In this document: one piece after another, positions 11,140-21,954 of the stretch
Layout of the letters: every line of letters starts with the position of its first letter
Position numbering within the stretch: the stretch's first letter is position 1
Source of the DNA: an uncultured Oscillospiraceae bacterium
Lineage (GTDB): Bacteria > Bacillota > Clostridia > Oscillospirales > Ruminococcaceae
Reading direction: 5' to 3'
Assembly: GCA_900547015.1 (NCBI GenBank)
Contig: URFD01000001.1
Span: forward strand, 1-62,783
Length of the DNA stretch: 62,783 nt
The notes under the pieces: generated by a model
What the model was told of the DNA's origin: nothing
Databases searched by the model: none
The model's input: the letters and a program-made list of their open reading frames with translations, nothing else
Translations under genes and position numbers: made by a program

Positions 11140-13452
11140 TTATATCCCGTGCTTGACGCGGTCGTGCTCCTCAGCGCGCTTGGCGTTGTTGAAGTGCTCG
11201 AGCGAGCCGACCAGATATCCGGTGATGCGACGGATGCGCTCCATCGGCTGTTCGGGGGTTTCCTTCCTGCCGCATTTCGGGCACTCGTCCCCGATGATGC
11301 CGGTATAGCCGCAGGCTGGGTCCCGGTCTACTGGGTGATTGATCGAGCCGTACCCGATGCCCGACTCCTTCATACAGCGCACCAGCTGCATAAATGCCTC
11401 GATATTCTGGCAGGGGTCGCCGTCCAGCTCGACATAGGTGATGTGACCGCCGTCGGTCAGCGCATGGTAAGGCGCCTCCAGACGAATCTTGTCACAGGCG
11501 CTGATCGGGTAATAGACCGGGATGTGGAAGGAATTGGTATAGTAGTCCCGGTCGGTGATGCCGGGAATCGAGCCGAAGCGCTCCCGGTCGATTTTGACAA
11601 AGCGTCCCGACAGGCCCTCCGCCGGGGTAGCAATCAGCGAAAAATTCAGTCCTGTCCGCTCTCCTGCCGTCTGCATCCGCGCGTGCATATGACCGATAAT
11701 CTCTAGTCCCAGATTCTGGGCGTACTCGCTCTGCCCGTGGTGCTCGCCAATCAACGCCACCAGCGTCTCGGCAAGCCCGATGAAGCCGATGGTCAGCGTG
11801 CCGTGACGCAGCACCGGAGCCACCTCATCGTCCGGGCCGAGCTTGTCCGAATCCATCCAGACGCCCTGCCCCATCAGGAAGGGGTAGTTGAGCACCTTTT
11901 TCTGCCCCTGAATCCGCATCCGGTCCAGCAGCTGTCGGACGACCAAATCGATTTTGGCATCGAGCAGCTCAAAAAACAGGTCGAGATTCTTGCCGGCCAG
12001 CAGGCCCAGCCGCGGCAGATTGATGGAGGTGTAGGAGAGGTTGCCTCTTCCGGTCGTGATTTCCCGCTCGGGGTCATAGCGGTTCGCTGCCACACGGGTG
12101 CGGCAGCCCATATAGGCAACCTCGGTTTCCGGGTGACCCTCCCGGTAATACTGCAAATTAAACGGCGCATCCAAAAACGAGAAATTCGGGAAGAGCCGCT
12201 TTGCCGAAACCTCGCACGCCAGCCGGAACAAATCGTAGTTGGGGTCCTGCGGCTGATAGTTGACTCCCTCTTTGACCTTGAAGATATGGATTGGGAAGAT
12301 CGGGGTTTCCCCGTGTCCCAGCCCTTCCCGCTCTGCCAACAGGATGCTGCGGATGACCAGCCTGCCCTCCGGCGAGGTGTCGGTGCCGTAGTTGAGGGAG
12401 CTGAACGGGGTCTGTGCTCCGGCGCGGGAGTGCATGGTGTTCAGGCTGTGGATGAGCGACTGCATCGCCCGGTAGGTTTCCTCCTGCGTTTCCTGCTCGG
12501 CGTGCCGATGTGCAAAGCGCTGTGCCTGCTGTGCCTGCTCCTCGGTGCAGCCCAGCGCCGCAGTCAGCTGCTCCCGCTCTGCCCGGTCGTACTGCTCGTT
12601 GTCCTCCAAGCGGGGAGACAGCCCCTCCTGCTCCAGCCGGTCAAACAGCTCCGCCAGCTCGCACGGACCGTCACACAGCAGCTCACACGCCTTTTCCAGA
12701 TTGCACCGATAGCTGCTGCGGTAGGTCTTTCTGACGCCCGGCGCCATGTCGAAGTCAAACTTCGGTACACTCTGACCGCCGTGCTGGTCGTTCTGATTGG
12801 CCTGAATCGCCGTATAGGCAAGCGACGCATAGGCTGCGATGTCCTCCGGCTCGCGCAGATAGCCGTATCCGGAGTTAAAGCCGCCGTCGAACAGCCGGGT
12901 CAGGTCGATCTGACAGCAGGTGGTGGTCAGCGAAAAAAAGTCCAAATCATGAATGTGGATGTCGCCGCAGTCGTGGGCGCGCGCGTGCTCCGGGTCCAGC
13001 ACGAACATCTCGTAGAACGCCTTCGCACCCTCCGAGCCGTAGCGCAGCATGGTGCCCATCGCGGTGTTGCCATCGACATTTGCGTTCTCCCGCTTGACGT
13101 CATTCTCCGCCGCACTCTTAAAGGTCAGGTCCTCGTACACCTTCATCAGGGCGGTGTTCATCTCCCGCACCCGGGTTCGCTGTGCGCGGTAGAGGATGTA
13201 CTCCTTGGCGGTGCGGGAGTGTCCGTTCTCGATCAGCACCTTCTCCACCATATCCTGAATCTGCTCCACCGTCGGCGGCTGGTCCTTGGCGGTGGTTTCC
13301 TCCAACCGCTGCTCCACCTGCTGTGCCAACCGTTGAGCCGTCTGATAATCCTTGCCGCCCACCGAGGTCGCTGCCCGAAAGATTGCCCGGGCAATCTTCT
13401 CGACGTCGTAGGCTGCATGGCGTCCGTCGCGCTTGATGATAGTGTCGATCAT
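11140..13452 (-). CDS. nrdD: Anaerobic (class III) ribonucleoside-triphosphate reductase with N-terminal ATP cone
   Basis: IIKRDG ATP cone, IHIHDLD, MGCRT finger loop, YYTNSFH, RITGYL glycyl-radical motif. Confidence 0.95.
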   Translation of the reverse strand: MIDTIIKRDGRHAAYDVEKIARAIFRAATSVGGKDYQTAQRLAQQVEQRLEETTAKDQPPTVEQIQDMVEKVLIENGHSRTAKEYILYRAQRTRVREMNTALMKVYEDLTFKSAAENDVKRENANVDGNTAMGTMLRYGSEGAKAFYEMFVLDPEHARAHDCGDIHIHDLDFFSLTTTCCQIDLTRLFDGGFNSGYGYLREPEDIAAYASLAYTAIQANQNDQHGGQSVPKFDFDMAPGVRKTYRSSYRCNLEKACELLCDGPCELAELFDRLEQEGLSPRLEDNEQYDRAEREQLTAALGCTEEQAQQAQRFAHRHAEQETQEETYRAMQSLIHSLNTMHSRAGAQTPFSSLNYGTDTSPEGRLVIRSILLAEREGLGHGETPIFPIHIFKVKEGVNYQPQDPNYDLFRLACEVSAKRLFPNFSFLDAPFNLQYYREGHPETEVAYMGCRTRVAANRYDPEREITTGRGNLSYTSINLPRLGLLAGKNLDLFFELLDAKIDLVVRQLLDRMRIQGQKKVLNYPFLMGQGVWMDSDKLGPDDEVAPVLRHGTLTIGFIGLAETLVALIGEHHGQSEYAQNLGLEIIGHMHARMQTAGERTGLNFSLIATPAEGLSGRFVKIDRERFGSIPGITDRDYYTNSFHIPVYYPISACDKIRLEAPYHALTDGGHITYVELDGDPCQNIEAFMQLVRCMKESGIGYGSINHPVDRDPACGYTGIIGDECPKCGRKETPEQPMERIRRITGYLVGSLEHFNNAKRAEEHDRVKHGI

Positions 13453-13514
13453 GAACATTCTCCTTTGGCTTGCAAACATAAAAAGAGGGCGCATCCTTTG
13501 TGCCCCATGCCTTT

Positions 13515-13543
13515 ATTGTAGCCGGGCTGCCGCCGCAAGTCAA
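13515..13543 (-). promoter_or_regulatory. sigma-A promoter of nrdD
   Basis: TTGACT-N17-TACAAT on the minus strand. Confidence 0.65.
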
Positions 13544-13586
13544 TGAGGCAAAGCTACGAATTGCCCTGCGCCCTGTCCTGTCCCGA

Positions 13587-13645
13587 ACACAATATCTGGT
13601 AGAAGCCCCTGCGCCCGATTCGGACTTTCCCACCAGATACGGACT
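13587..13645. promoter_or_regulatory. NrdR box(es) upstream of nrdD
   Basis: ACACAATATCTGGTAG (13587-13602) fits acaCwAtATaTwGtgt; weaker second copy CCACCAGATACGGACT 43 bp away. Confidence 0.6.
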
Positions 13646-13862
13646 GCGCCGCCCGACACCCGTCCCCAAATACTCCTCCCTTTCCGACAAGGATTCCCCT
13701 TGATTTTTGGTCAGTTTTTTGGCGACTTTCCCTCTTGACAGCCTAACGAGTGTCTGCTGTCCCGACTGCAATCCTGTGCGGTTTGTGGTTCTAACGAAGC
13801 TCTCCTCCCTCTCCTGCCGGCGCCTTCGGGCAAAGCACACAAAGGCATTGTCCCCAAATACC

Positions 13863-13898
13863 AAAAAAGGGGAGCCCGGCTTTTGCCGGGCTCCCCTG
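13863..13898 (-). terminator. Intrinsic terminator of ppaC
   Basis: AGGGGAGCCCGGC/GCCGGGCTCCCCT hairpin with A tract. Confidence 0.85.
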
Positions 13899-13908
13899 AG
13901 TTGATTCG

Positions 13909-15564
13909 TTATTGCTGAAGGGTTGCGATGATGGACGGAACAAACTGCTTCTTGCGCGAGACCATGCCCGGCAGCAGCAGACCATCCGCCGGAATTTCTT
14001 CCAGATGGTTCGACTGCTTGAGAATCTCCTCTGCCCGTCCGCCGCAGCACAGCACGATACTGCTTTCCTCGATGATGTTGGTCAGCAGGAAGAACAGCAT
14101 GGTGGACGGGTCCTTCTGGGCCTTCTCCCGCATCAGCTCCTGAAGCGCAGGAACCTGCTGACGCAGTCCGGCATCGCTGACCGAGGTAATCTGTCCAACG
14201 CCGAAGTTGGCTCCGGCAGTGGAGAAGGTCTTGTAATCCTGATAGAAGATTTCCTCGATGGAGCGGGAGGACAGGTCGCTGCCCGCCTCAAACATCTGCT
14301 GGGCATACTGCGGGATGTCGATGCCGGCAATCTCTGCCAGAGCCTGTGCCGCCGCCTCATCGGCCTGAGTGCAGGTCGGGGAGCGGAACATCAGGGTATC
14401 GGACAGAATTGCCGAGCACAGCAGGCCCGCGATGGAACGCTCGATGGTCACGCCGCTTTCGCAGAACATCTGGTAAACGATGGTGGCAGTACAGCCGAGC
14501 GGCTGGTTGCGGAAAAAGACCGGGTTGATGCTCTCCAGACCACCCAGACGATGGTGGTCGATAATCTCAAGAATATCGGCGCTTTCCACGCCGTCCACTG
14601 CCTGGTTCTTCTCGTTGTGGTCCACCAGAATGACCTGCTTCTTTTCGGTTGCCAGGAAGGAGCGCTTGGAGATTTGACCGATATAGCGGCCATGCTCATC
14701 CAGCACCGGGAAATAGCGGTGGCGCTCCTTGGCCATGACCTCCTTGACATCGTCGGTGTAGTCCTCCAGCGAGAAGGAAAGGATGTGGTGGGTGGTCATG
14801 AAAAAGTCGATTGGCATACTCTGGTTAATCAGCCTTGCCACAGTGTAGGAATCGTAAGGGCTCGACAGGATGATACAGCCCTTGTTCTTCGCCCGTTCGA
14901 TGATTGTCTCGTTCGGCTCGGAGCTGGTACACAGGATGATGCAGGAGGCTCCCATCTCGATGGAGAAGAACTGCGATTCGAAGCGGTTGCCGATGACGAC
15001 CATGTCGTGCTCCGCCACATAGTCCACCATCATCTCGGGAGTGTTGGCGGCGATGGTCACCCTGCCCTGTTCAAAGGTGCCGCTGATGTCGCCGCAGATG
15101 ACCTTTGCCTCGAGCACCCGCACGATGTTTTCATACGGGGTCTTTGCCTTGGAGACGATTCGATTGTCATAGACGTCCATATCCGAGGCCGCGATGTTGG
15201 AGATGGTGATCAGTCCCTGCGCGCAGCCCTCCTCGTCGGTGATGCAGATGGTGCTTGCGCCGTTTTCCTTCATCAGGCTGTAGGCCTGCTTGATGGAGAT
15301 TTTGCCGTCAACTGCCGGCATCTCCTTGATTTCCATGTCACACACGCGGGTGCGGACATCCGCAAGATACTTCGGAGCCGGTACCCCGAAGTAGGACAGG
15401 GCGAAGGCGGTCTCCTTGCTGACCTCTCCGGCGCGCTTCGGCGTGTATTTTTTTCCGGTCAGCTTCTGTTTGAGGTCCGCGTAGGCGATGGCGGAGCAGA
15501 TCGAATCGGTGTCCGGATTCTTATGACCGATGACGATGACTTCTTTCTCGTGATTTAGGTGCAA
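13909..15564 (-). CDS. ppaC: Mn-dependent inorganic pyrophosphatase (family II, with CBS/DRTGG insert)
   Basis: GHKNPDTDS, LVDHNE, IDHH, SDTL..SPT. Confidence 0.93.
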   Translation of the reverse strand: MHLNHEKEVIVIGHKNPDTDSICSAIAYADLKQKLTGKKYTPKRAGEVSKETAFALSYFGVPAPKYLADVRTRVCDMEIKEMPAVDGKISIKQAYSLMKENGASTICITDEEGCAQGLITISNIAASDMDVYDNRIVSKAKTPYENIVRVLEAKVICGDISGTFEQGRVTIAANTPEMMVDYVAEHDMVVIGNRFESQFFSIEMGASCIILCTSSEPNETIIERAKNKGCIILSSPYDSYTVARLINQSMPIDFFMTTHHILSFSLEDYTDDVKEVMAKERHRYFPVLDEHGRYIGQISKRSFLATEKKQVILVDHNEKNQAVDGVESADILEIIDHHRLGGLESINPVFFRNQPLGCTATIVYQMFCESGVTIERSIAGLLCSAILSDTLMFRSPTCTQADEAAAQALAEIAGIDIPQYAQQMFEAGSDLSSRSIEEIFYQDYKTFSTAGANFGVGQITSVSDAGLRQQVPALQELMREKAQKDPSTMLFFLLTNIIEESSIVLCCGGRAEEILKQSNHLEEIPADGLLLPGMVSRKKQFVPSIIATLQQ

Positions 15565-15859
15565 TTTTTTCCTTCCTCTCTTATTGATGGTTGAGCGGCA
15601 GGGCCGTTCTATTTCGCATCAATCCCTCAGGATTTCTAATCTGAAGCCACTATACCATAAAAGCCGCCCTGATACAAGGCTTTAGTTCGTTAAAGTAAAA
15701 ACAATGCCTGCCTTTCTCCACTCTGCCAAAATCCCCGGCTCTCCTCTTTACGGAAACGGGTGGATATGCTACAATACTTTTATCTGTTCACCGGCCTTGG
15801 CGTCCTGATTTTGACGCCCGATGCCGGAGAAATTTTCTCTACAGGAAGGAAATCGTTTT

Positions 15860-16468
15860 ATGAGCTCGAATCTTATCATCACCTGCATCCTCGTTGCGCT
15901 GGTTGCCGCTGTGGTCGTTGCCTGGTATCTGGGCAAGAGCGTCCGCTTCTCCAAAGGCAACTACGGCAAGAAAACCGTCAAGTCTGTCCTGCGCCGCTAT
16001 GCCGCGACCCACAACTTCAAGCTGTTGGAAAACGTGGAGATGGAGCTGGACGGCAGCAGCCAGACCATCGACTTCGTTCTGGTCGGATTTTTCGGCCTGA
16101 TTTTCGTCTCCGCGCTTCAGGGCAAGGGAGATTTCTACGGGGACTTCAAGGAGGAAAAATGGACCTTTGTGGATGAGGAGCAGAGAATCCGCTTCAACAA
16201 CCCGGTCATCGAGATGGACAAAAAGCTCGAAATGTTCCGCCGCATCATCGCACAGAAGAAGGTTTACAACCTGAAGGTGGACACCGCCATCGTGGTGGTC
16301 AGCACCAAGACCGATGTGCCGATGTATCTGAGCAACGTTCGGGAAAACAACCCGGTCATGAATGTTGAGCAATTCAGAAAAATGCTGGGCAACGAAAAAT
16401 ATGAGCGCGACAACAATGTCGATGTGGATGCCGTCTGCAAGGTTCTGCGTGAGCTGAAAGGGAACTAG
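15860..16468 (+). CDS. Membrane-anchored NERD-like (nuclease-related domain) protein
   Basis: N-terminal TM helix; NV..IDFVLVG..GLIFV..G..YG..W..FNNPV pattern. Confidence 0.6.
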   Translation: MSSNLIITCILVALVAAVVVAWYLGKSVRFSKGNYGKKTVKSVLRRYAATHNFKLLENVEMELDGSSQTIDFVLVGFFGLIFVSALQGKGDFYGDFKEEKWTFVDEEQRIRFNNPVIEMDKKLEMFRRIIAQKKVYNLKVDTAIVVVSTKTDVPMYLSNVRENNPVMNVEQFRKMLGNEKYERDNNVDVDAVCKVLRELKGN

Positions 16469-16490
16469 GCAGCAAAACAGGGCAAAACAG

Positions 16491-16532
16491 AATCGGGCAT
16501 GAAGGCCGTTTGGCTTTCATGCCCGATTTTTT
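16491..16532. terminator. Intrinsic terminator between convergent genes
   Basis: AATCGGGCATGAAGGCC/GGCTTTCATGCCCGATT followed by a T tract. Confidence 0.8.
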
Positions 16533-16565
16533 GTGGAATCATATCCTGTTTTGGGGGCTCTCCGG

Positions 16566-17138
16566 TTAAGAGAGGTTGAGCTTTTCCGGAATATAGCGTT
16601 CGACGATGCGCCGTGCCGACTCGTTATCCTCCAGCATGAGCATCACGACATATCCGCCGCGCTCAAAAATCACCGCATTTTCTGCAATCTCGGTCGAGTT
16701 GTAGACATCATAGTTGGCAAATTCACGGGTGCGGCTGTCCTTGCGCTCCTTGAGCTGTGCCAGCACGTGCTCCCGATAGCTCTCTCCGTCCTCATTTTTT
16801 CCTTCCTTGGGAAGGATGATATAGACATCGTCCGCTCCAAAGTCCCCTTCCACATAGCGGACATAGGCTTCCTTGACATCCTCAGGGTCCAGCCCGACCA
16901 CTGTTTCCAGCTGTTCGGCGGTTGGCTCCACCAATCCGATGCGTTTGCCAAGCTCCTGATAAATCTGTTCAATCGCCTTTTGGGGCGATGCGGTACGGGT
17001 CTTTTTGCGGGTCTTGGTTGTCTGCTGCTCCTCTGTGCTGGGAAGCGAGGTATCCAGCGCACTGCATCCGGTCAGCATCCCGACACAGAGCATCGCTGCC
17101 AGCAGCAGCGCCAGTATCCGTCTTTTTTCCTGTTTCAT
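16566..17138 (-). CDS. Lipoprotein, DUF4358-like
   Basis: Signal peptide with LTGC lipobox; F.NY..AENAVI..GGYVVMLM C-terminus. Confidence 0.65.
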   Translation of the reverse strand: MKQEKRRILALLLAAMLCVGMLTGCSALDTSLPSTEEQQTTKTRKKTRTASPQKAIEQIYQELGKRIGLVEPTAEQLETVVGLDPEDVKEAYVRYVEGDFGADDVYIILPKEGKNEDGESYREHVLAQLKERKDSRTREFANYDVYNSTEIAENAVIFERGGYVVMLMLEDNESARRIVERYIPEKLNLS

Positions 17139-17283
17139 CTGGTTTTCCGTGCCACCTTTCCGGCGGCGGCATCCTGCCGCCTGTGTGTATCCAGCTTCCA
17201 TTATAAGCGATTGGCAAAATCCGGTCAAGCATCGGTGCCCAGCATTTGCCAAAAGTTTACACCTGCGGGGAATTTCCCTTCGG

Positions 17284-17297
17284 ATTTCCCGGGAAAT
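17284..17297. promoter_or_regulatory. Noc-binding site (NBS) palindrome
   Basis: Exact ATTTCCCGGGAAAT. Confidence 0.75.
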
Positions 17298-17492
17298 ATT
17301 CGGAAATATCCAAAAGTATCTCGGAAATGCCCGAAAACAAGGTCATCTTGTGAATGGGGATCGACCGATTTTGGTTGACTTATGAACAGTTAAGGCTTAA
17401 AATAAAGGTGAACTCTATCTGTTTTGTACACATTTTACCAAACATTACGGACGCCTTTGGCGCTGACCGCATAACAGAAAGGATGACGTGCA

Positions 17493-19205
17493 GTGAACTA
17501 TCTGGACACCTATCAAATCTGGAAATCGAAAAAGCTGGAAGACCCGGACCTGATCGCCGAAATGTCGGATATCGAAGGCAACGAGCACGAAATCAAGGAA
17601 CGCTTCATCAAGATGCTGGAATTCGGGACCGCCGGACTGCGCGGCGTCCTCGGTGTCGGCACCAACCGCATGAACATTTATACCGTCGCTCTGGCAACTC
17701 AGGGCATGGCGGACTATATCAAACAGCAGTACGATAACCCTACCGTCGCCATCGCATACGACAGCCGTATCAAGAGCGACCAGTTTGCCCGTATCACCGC
17801 GCGCGTTTTTGCCGCTAACGGCATCAAGGCCTATCTGTTCCGCGAGCTGATGCCGACCCCGACCCTGTCCTTTGCGGTTCGGGAGCTGCATTGCAGCGCC
17901 GGCATCGTCATCACCGCCAGCCACAACCCCTCCCAGTACAACGGCTACAAGGCCTACGGCGAGGACGGCTGCCAGCTCAACCCGCAGGCTGCTGCCAAGG
18001 TCATGGAGCTTGCCAGCAAGACCGACATCTTTGACGGGGTCAAGCGCATCTCGTTGGAGGAGGGTCTGCGCACCGGCATGATTGAGTACATCCCCGACTC
18101 GTTGGTGGACCAGTATCTCGACCGTGTATTTGCTCTGCGTGTCAACCGCGACCCTGTCACCGAAAGTGATTTAAAGGTTGTTTATACTCCGCTCAACGGC
18201 ACCGGCAACAAGCTGGTTCGCCGCATCCTCAACCGCATGGGCATCGAGCATCTGGCGGTGGTTCCCGAGCAGGCGCTTCCGGACGGCCATTTCCCGACCT
18301 GCCCTTACCCGAACCCGGAGGAAAAGAGCACCCTTCAGCTGGGCATCGAGCTGTGCCGCAGATGCAACGGCGACCTTGTCCTTGCAACCGACCCGGATGC
18401 TGATCGTGTCGGCGTAGCAGTCAAGCACAACGGCGACTATGTTCTGCCGACCGGAAACGAAATCGGCGTGCTGATGCTGGACTACATCGCTCAGCAGCGC
18501 ATCGCACAGGGCACCATGCCGAAAAACCCAATCGTGGTTCGCTCCATCGTTTCCACCCCTCTGGTCGATGTCGTGGCAGAAAGCTATGGAATTCAGGTCG
18601 TTACCGTCCTGACTGGCTTCAAATACATCGGCGAGCAGATCACCCTGCTGGCGGAAAGGGGCGAGGAGGACCGCTTCCTGCTGGGCTTTGAGGAGAGCTA
18701 CGGCTATCTGACCGGCGGCCATGTCCGTGACAAGGACGCTGTCAACGGCTCTATGATCATCTGCGAGATGGCAGAATTTTATAAGAAGCAGGGCAAGACC
18801 CTCATCGATGCTCTGGAGGACATCTTCCGCCGCTTCGGTGTTTATGCTGCCCGGGTCAAGGGCTACACCTTTGAGGGCACCGACGGCATGGACAAGATGG
18901 CCGGCATCATGAAGCAGCTTCGTGAAACACCTCCGCAGGAGTTCGGCGGCTTCCGGGTTTTGACCCGCGCCGACTACCAGTCCTCCAAGCGGGTTGACCT
19001 TGCTTCCGGCACCGAAAGCACCCTCGACCTGCCTTCCTCCAATGTGCTGGAATACGGGCTGGAGGACAACCTCAAGCTCATCATCCGTCCATCCGGAACA
19101 GAGCCGAAAATCAAGGTCTATCTGACCATCGTGACCAACGACCGCGACCAAATCGATTCCATCGCCGAGCGTCTGTTTGAAAGCGCCCAGCAGTGGATGA
19201 AGTAG
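17493..19205 (+). CDS. pgm: Phosphoglucomutase/phosphomannomutase
   Basis: FGTAGLRG, ITASHNP, DPDADR, GFEESYG, RPSGTEPK; TTGACT-N17-TAAAAT upstream. Confidence 0.93.
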   Translation: MNYLDTYQIWKSKKLEDPDLIAEMSDIEGNEHEIKERFIKMLEFGTAGLRGVLGVGTNRMNIYTVALATQGMADYIKQQYDNPTVAIAYDSRIKSDQFARITARVFAANGIKAYLFRELMPTPTLSFAVRELHCSAGIVITASHNPSQYNGYKAYGEDGCQLNPQAAAKVMELASKTDIFDGVKRISLEEGLRTGMIEYIPDSLVDQYLDRVFALRVNRDPVTESDLKVVYTPLNGTGNKLVRRILNRMGIEHLAVVPEQALPDGHFPTCPYPNPEEKSTLQLGIELCRRCNGDLVLATDPDADRVGVAVKHNGDYVLPTGNEIGVLMLDYIAQQRIAQGTMPKNPIVVRSIVSTPLVDVVAESYGIQVVTVLTGFKYIGEQITLLAERGEEDRFLLGFEESYGYLTGGHVRDKDAVNGSMIICEMAEFYKKQGKTLIDALEDIFRRFGVYAARVKGYTFEGTDGMDKMAGIMKQLRETPPQEFGGFRVLTRADYQSSKRVDLASGTESTLDLPSSNVLEYGLEDNLKLIIRPSGTEPKIKVYLTIVTNDRDQIDSIAERLFESAQQWMK

Positions 19206-19417
19206 CGCCATTTTTTAAGGGGCACCTGCAAAAAAGCAGGTGTCCCTTTTCTGATTTCCTTGGTTTTTTTGGTCTCATCAACTAAAAAATTTGTTTTCTT
19301 CACCGAATCTTTCTAGCGGAAAACTCCACAAAGTCTCTTGCAATTCGTCCTTGGCTTGGTATAATAAAAAAGTATTATCAAAAACAGCATAAAAATGCGT
19401 GTGTTTTTTAGAAAAGG

Positions 19418-20821
19418 ATGGGTGTTATGAAGAAATCGTACGAGATGGATATGTGCTCCGGTCCGCTCTTGAGCAAGATTTTAATCTTTGCCATTCCGCT
19501 GATGCTGTCCGGTATCCTCCAGCTGCTGTTTAATGCCGCCGACATCATCGTGGTCGGACGCTTTACCGGCAGTGAAGCACTTGCCGCAGTTGGCTCGACC
19601 AGCGCCTTAATCAACCTGATCATCAACCTGTTTATTGGAGTCTCGGTGGGTACCAACGTTGTGGCTGCCCGCTACTACGGTGCGCGGGATGCCGAAGGGG
19701 TTAGCCAGACCGTTCACACCTCCATGCTGGCAGCATTGGTCGGCGGCGTCATCCTCATCTTCCTCGGAATCTTCCTGGCCCGTCCGATGCTGGACTGGAT
19801 GGGAACCCCTGAGGATGTCATCGACCTGTCGGTATTATATATGAGAATTTATTTTGTCGGAATGCCTGCCCTCATGGTCTACAACTTTGGTGCGGCAATC
19901 CTGCGCGCCATCGGTGACACCAAGCGTCCGCTGTACTTCCTGACCTTTTCCGGCGCAATCAATGTAATCTTTAACCTTTTCTTTGTCATCGTCCTGAATC
20001 TGGGAGTTGCCGGTGTTGCACTTGCCACCATTATTTCCCAGGCAATTTCCGCCATCCTGATTCTGTTGTGCTTAATCAAAACCGAGGGTCCCTGCCATCT
20101 GGATTTAAAACAGTTGAAATTCCACCTCAAGCCCTTCAGCGATATGCTCCGCATCGGTCTGCCCGCAGGCTTGCAGGGTGCGATTTTCAGCATCTCCAAC
20201 GTGCTGATTCAGTCGTCGGTCAACTCCTTTGGCTCGCTGGTCATGGCAGGCAACACCGCCGCCGGCAACATTGAGGGCTTTGTCTACAACTCGATGAACT
20301 CCATTCATCAGACCTCGCTGAGCTTCACCAGCCAGAACATGGGCGCACGCCAGTACAAGCGTGTAGACCGGGTTCTCGTACAGTGCCTGATGGTCGTTAC
20401 CGTGGTCGGTCTTGTGATGGGTGTCGGCGCCTATGTCTTCGGCGACAAGCTGCTGGGCATCTACTCCTCCGACCCGCAGGTTATCGAGTACGGCCTACAG
20501 CGAATGAGCTTGGTCTGCGCCACCTACTTCCTGTGCGGTCTGATGGATGTGCTGGTCGGCAGCATCCGCGGTCTGGGCTACTCCATCATGCCGATGCTCG
20601 TTTCGCTCACCGGCGCCTGCCTGTTCCGCGTCATCTGGATTTTCACCATCTTTCAGGTCGAGCGCACCCTGTTCTGCCTGTACATCTCCTACCCGATTTC
20701 TTGGATTCTCACCTCGAGCATCCATCTGATCTGCTACCTGTGCGTCCGCAAGAAAGCCTTTGCCAAGGCCGAAGCCGCCGCTGCACAGTCCAGCGCTGTC
20801 GAAGCTGCCGCCGAGGTATAA
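19418..20821 (+). CDS. MATE-family efflux transporter
   Basis: About 12 TM helices; LRAIGDTKRPL, GVAGVALAT, SQNMGA. Confidence 0.92.
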   Translation: MGVMKKSYEMDMCSGPLLSKILIFAIPLMLSGILQLLFNAADIIVVGRFTGSEALAAVGSTSALINLIINLFIGVSVGTNVVAARYYGARDAEGVSQTVHTSMLAALVGGVILIFLGIFLARPMLDWMGTPEDVIDLSVLYMRIYFVGMPALMVYNFGAAILRAIGDTKRPLYFLTFSGAINVIFNLFFVIVLNLGVAGVALATIISQAISAILILLCLIKTEGPCHLDLKQLKFHLKPFSDMLRIGLPAGLQGAIFSISNVLIQSSVNSFGSLVMAGNTAAGNIEGFVYNSMNSIHQTSLSFTSQNMGARQYKRVDRVLVQCLMVVTVVGLVMGVGAYVFGDKLLGIYSSDPQVIEYGLQRMSLVCATYFLCGLMDVLVGSIRGLGYSIMPMLVSLTGACLFRVIWIFTIFQVERTLFCLYISYPISWILTSSIHLICYLCVRKKAFAKAEAAAAQSSAVEAAAEV

Positions 20822-21021
20822 ATATCATCGCTTTTGCGCCTTTGGGAGCCCTTTCGTGGGCTCCCTTTTTGGTTCGATGCGCCTGCCCATCCCTGCCCTT
20901 TGCGAAAATGGATTGATTTTCATACCAAGATTGTTTATAATATAGAAAACGGAACGACCGCTCCTGCTCTCTTTTCCCGGACAGGAGCCGAGGTCTTCCA
21001 AAATAAGGAGGAATTTTTACT

Positions 21022-21885
21022 ATGTTAGTCTCTGCAAAAGAAATGCTGGACAAAGCAAAAGCCGGTCACTATGCAGTTGGCCACTTCAACATCAACAACC
21101 TGGAGTGGACCAAAGCGATTCTCCAGACCGCTCAGGAGAACAACTCCCCTGTCATCCTCGGCGTATCTGAGGGCGCAGGCAAGTACATGGGCGGCTACAC
21201 CACCATCGTTGGCATGGTCAACGGAATGCTCGAAGAGCTGAACATCACCGTTCCGGTTGCTCTGCACCTGGATCATGGCAGCTACGAAGCCGCAAAAGAA
21301 TGTATCGCAAAGGGCTTCTCCTCCGTTATGTTTGACGGTTCCAAATACGGCATCGAAGAAAACATCGAAAAGACCAAGGAAATCGTTGCTCTGGCTCACT
21401 CCAAGGGCATCTCTGTCGAGGCTGAGGTCGGCGCAATCGGCGGCGAAGAGGACGGTGTTCTGGGCGGCGGCGAAATCGCAGACCCGAACGAGTGCGCAAG
21501 CATCTGCGAGCTGGGCGTTGATATGCTGGCTGCCGGCATCGGCAACATCCACGGCGTTTACCCGGAAAACTGGGCTGGCCTGCGTCTGGACGTTCTGGCT
21601 CAGATTCAGGAAAAGACCGGCACCATGCCTCTGGTTCTGCACGGCGGCACCGGCATCCCGGACGAAATGGTAAAGGATGCAATTTCCAAGGGCGTTTCTA
21701 AAATCAACGTCAACACCGAGTGCCAGATTGTATTCACCGCTGCTGTCCGCAAATACTTCGAGGAAAACCTCGACCAGCAGAAGAAGGGCTTCGACCCAAG
21801 AAAAGTTCTGAAACCGGGCGTTGAAGCAATCAAAGCAAAGGTAAAAGAGAAGATGGAACTCTTCGGCTCCATCGACAAAGCATAA
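21022..21885 (+). CDS. fba: Class II fructose-1,6-bisphosphate aldolase
   Basis: LHLDHG, SSVMFDGS, GNIHG, LVLHGGTG, KINVNT. Confidence 0.96.
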   Translation: MLVSAKEMLDKAKAGHYAVGHFNINNLEWTKAILQTAQENNSPVILGVSEGAGKYMGGYTTIVGMVNGMLEELNITVPVALHLDHGSYEAAKECIAKGFSSVMFDGSKYGIEENIEKTKEIVALAHSKGISVEAEVGAIGGEEDGVLGGGEIADPNECASICELGVDMLAAGIGNIHGVYPENWAGLRLDVLAQIQEKTGTMPLVLHGGTGIPDEMVKDAISKGVSKINVNTECQIVFTAAVRKYFEENLDQQKKGFDPRKVLKPGVEAIKAKVKEKMELFGSIDKA

Positions 21886-21954
21886 TCAAACAAGTTCATC
21901 AAAGCAGGGAAACTTTGTTTCCCTGCTTTGATTTTTTAGACAAGGAGGAACCCT

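Noticed and set aside
9132..15558. Long + strand ORFs (9132-10745, 11737-13521, 13912-15558)
   Set aside because: Antisense shadows of lepA, nrdD and ppaC, as expected in GC-rich coding DNA, with no motifs.
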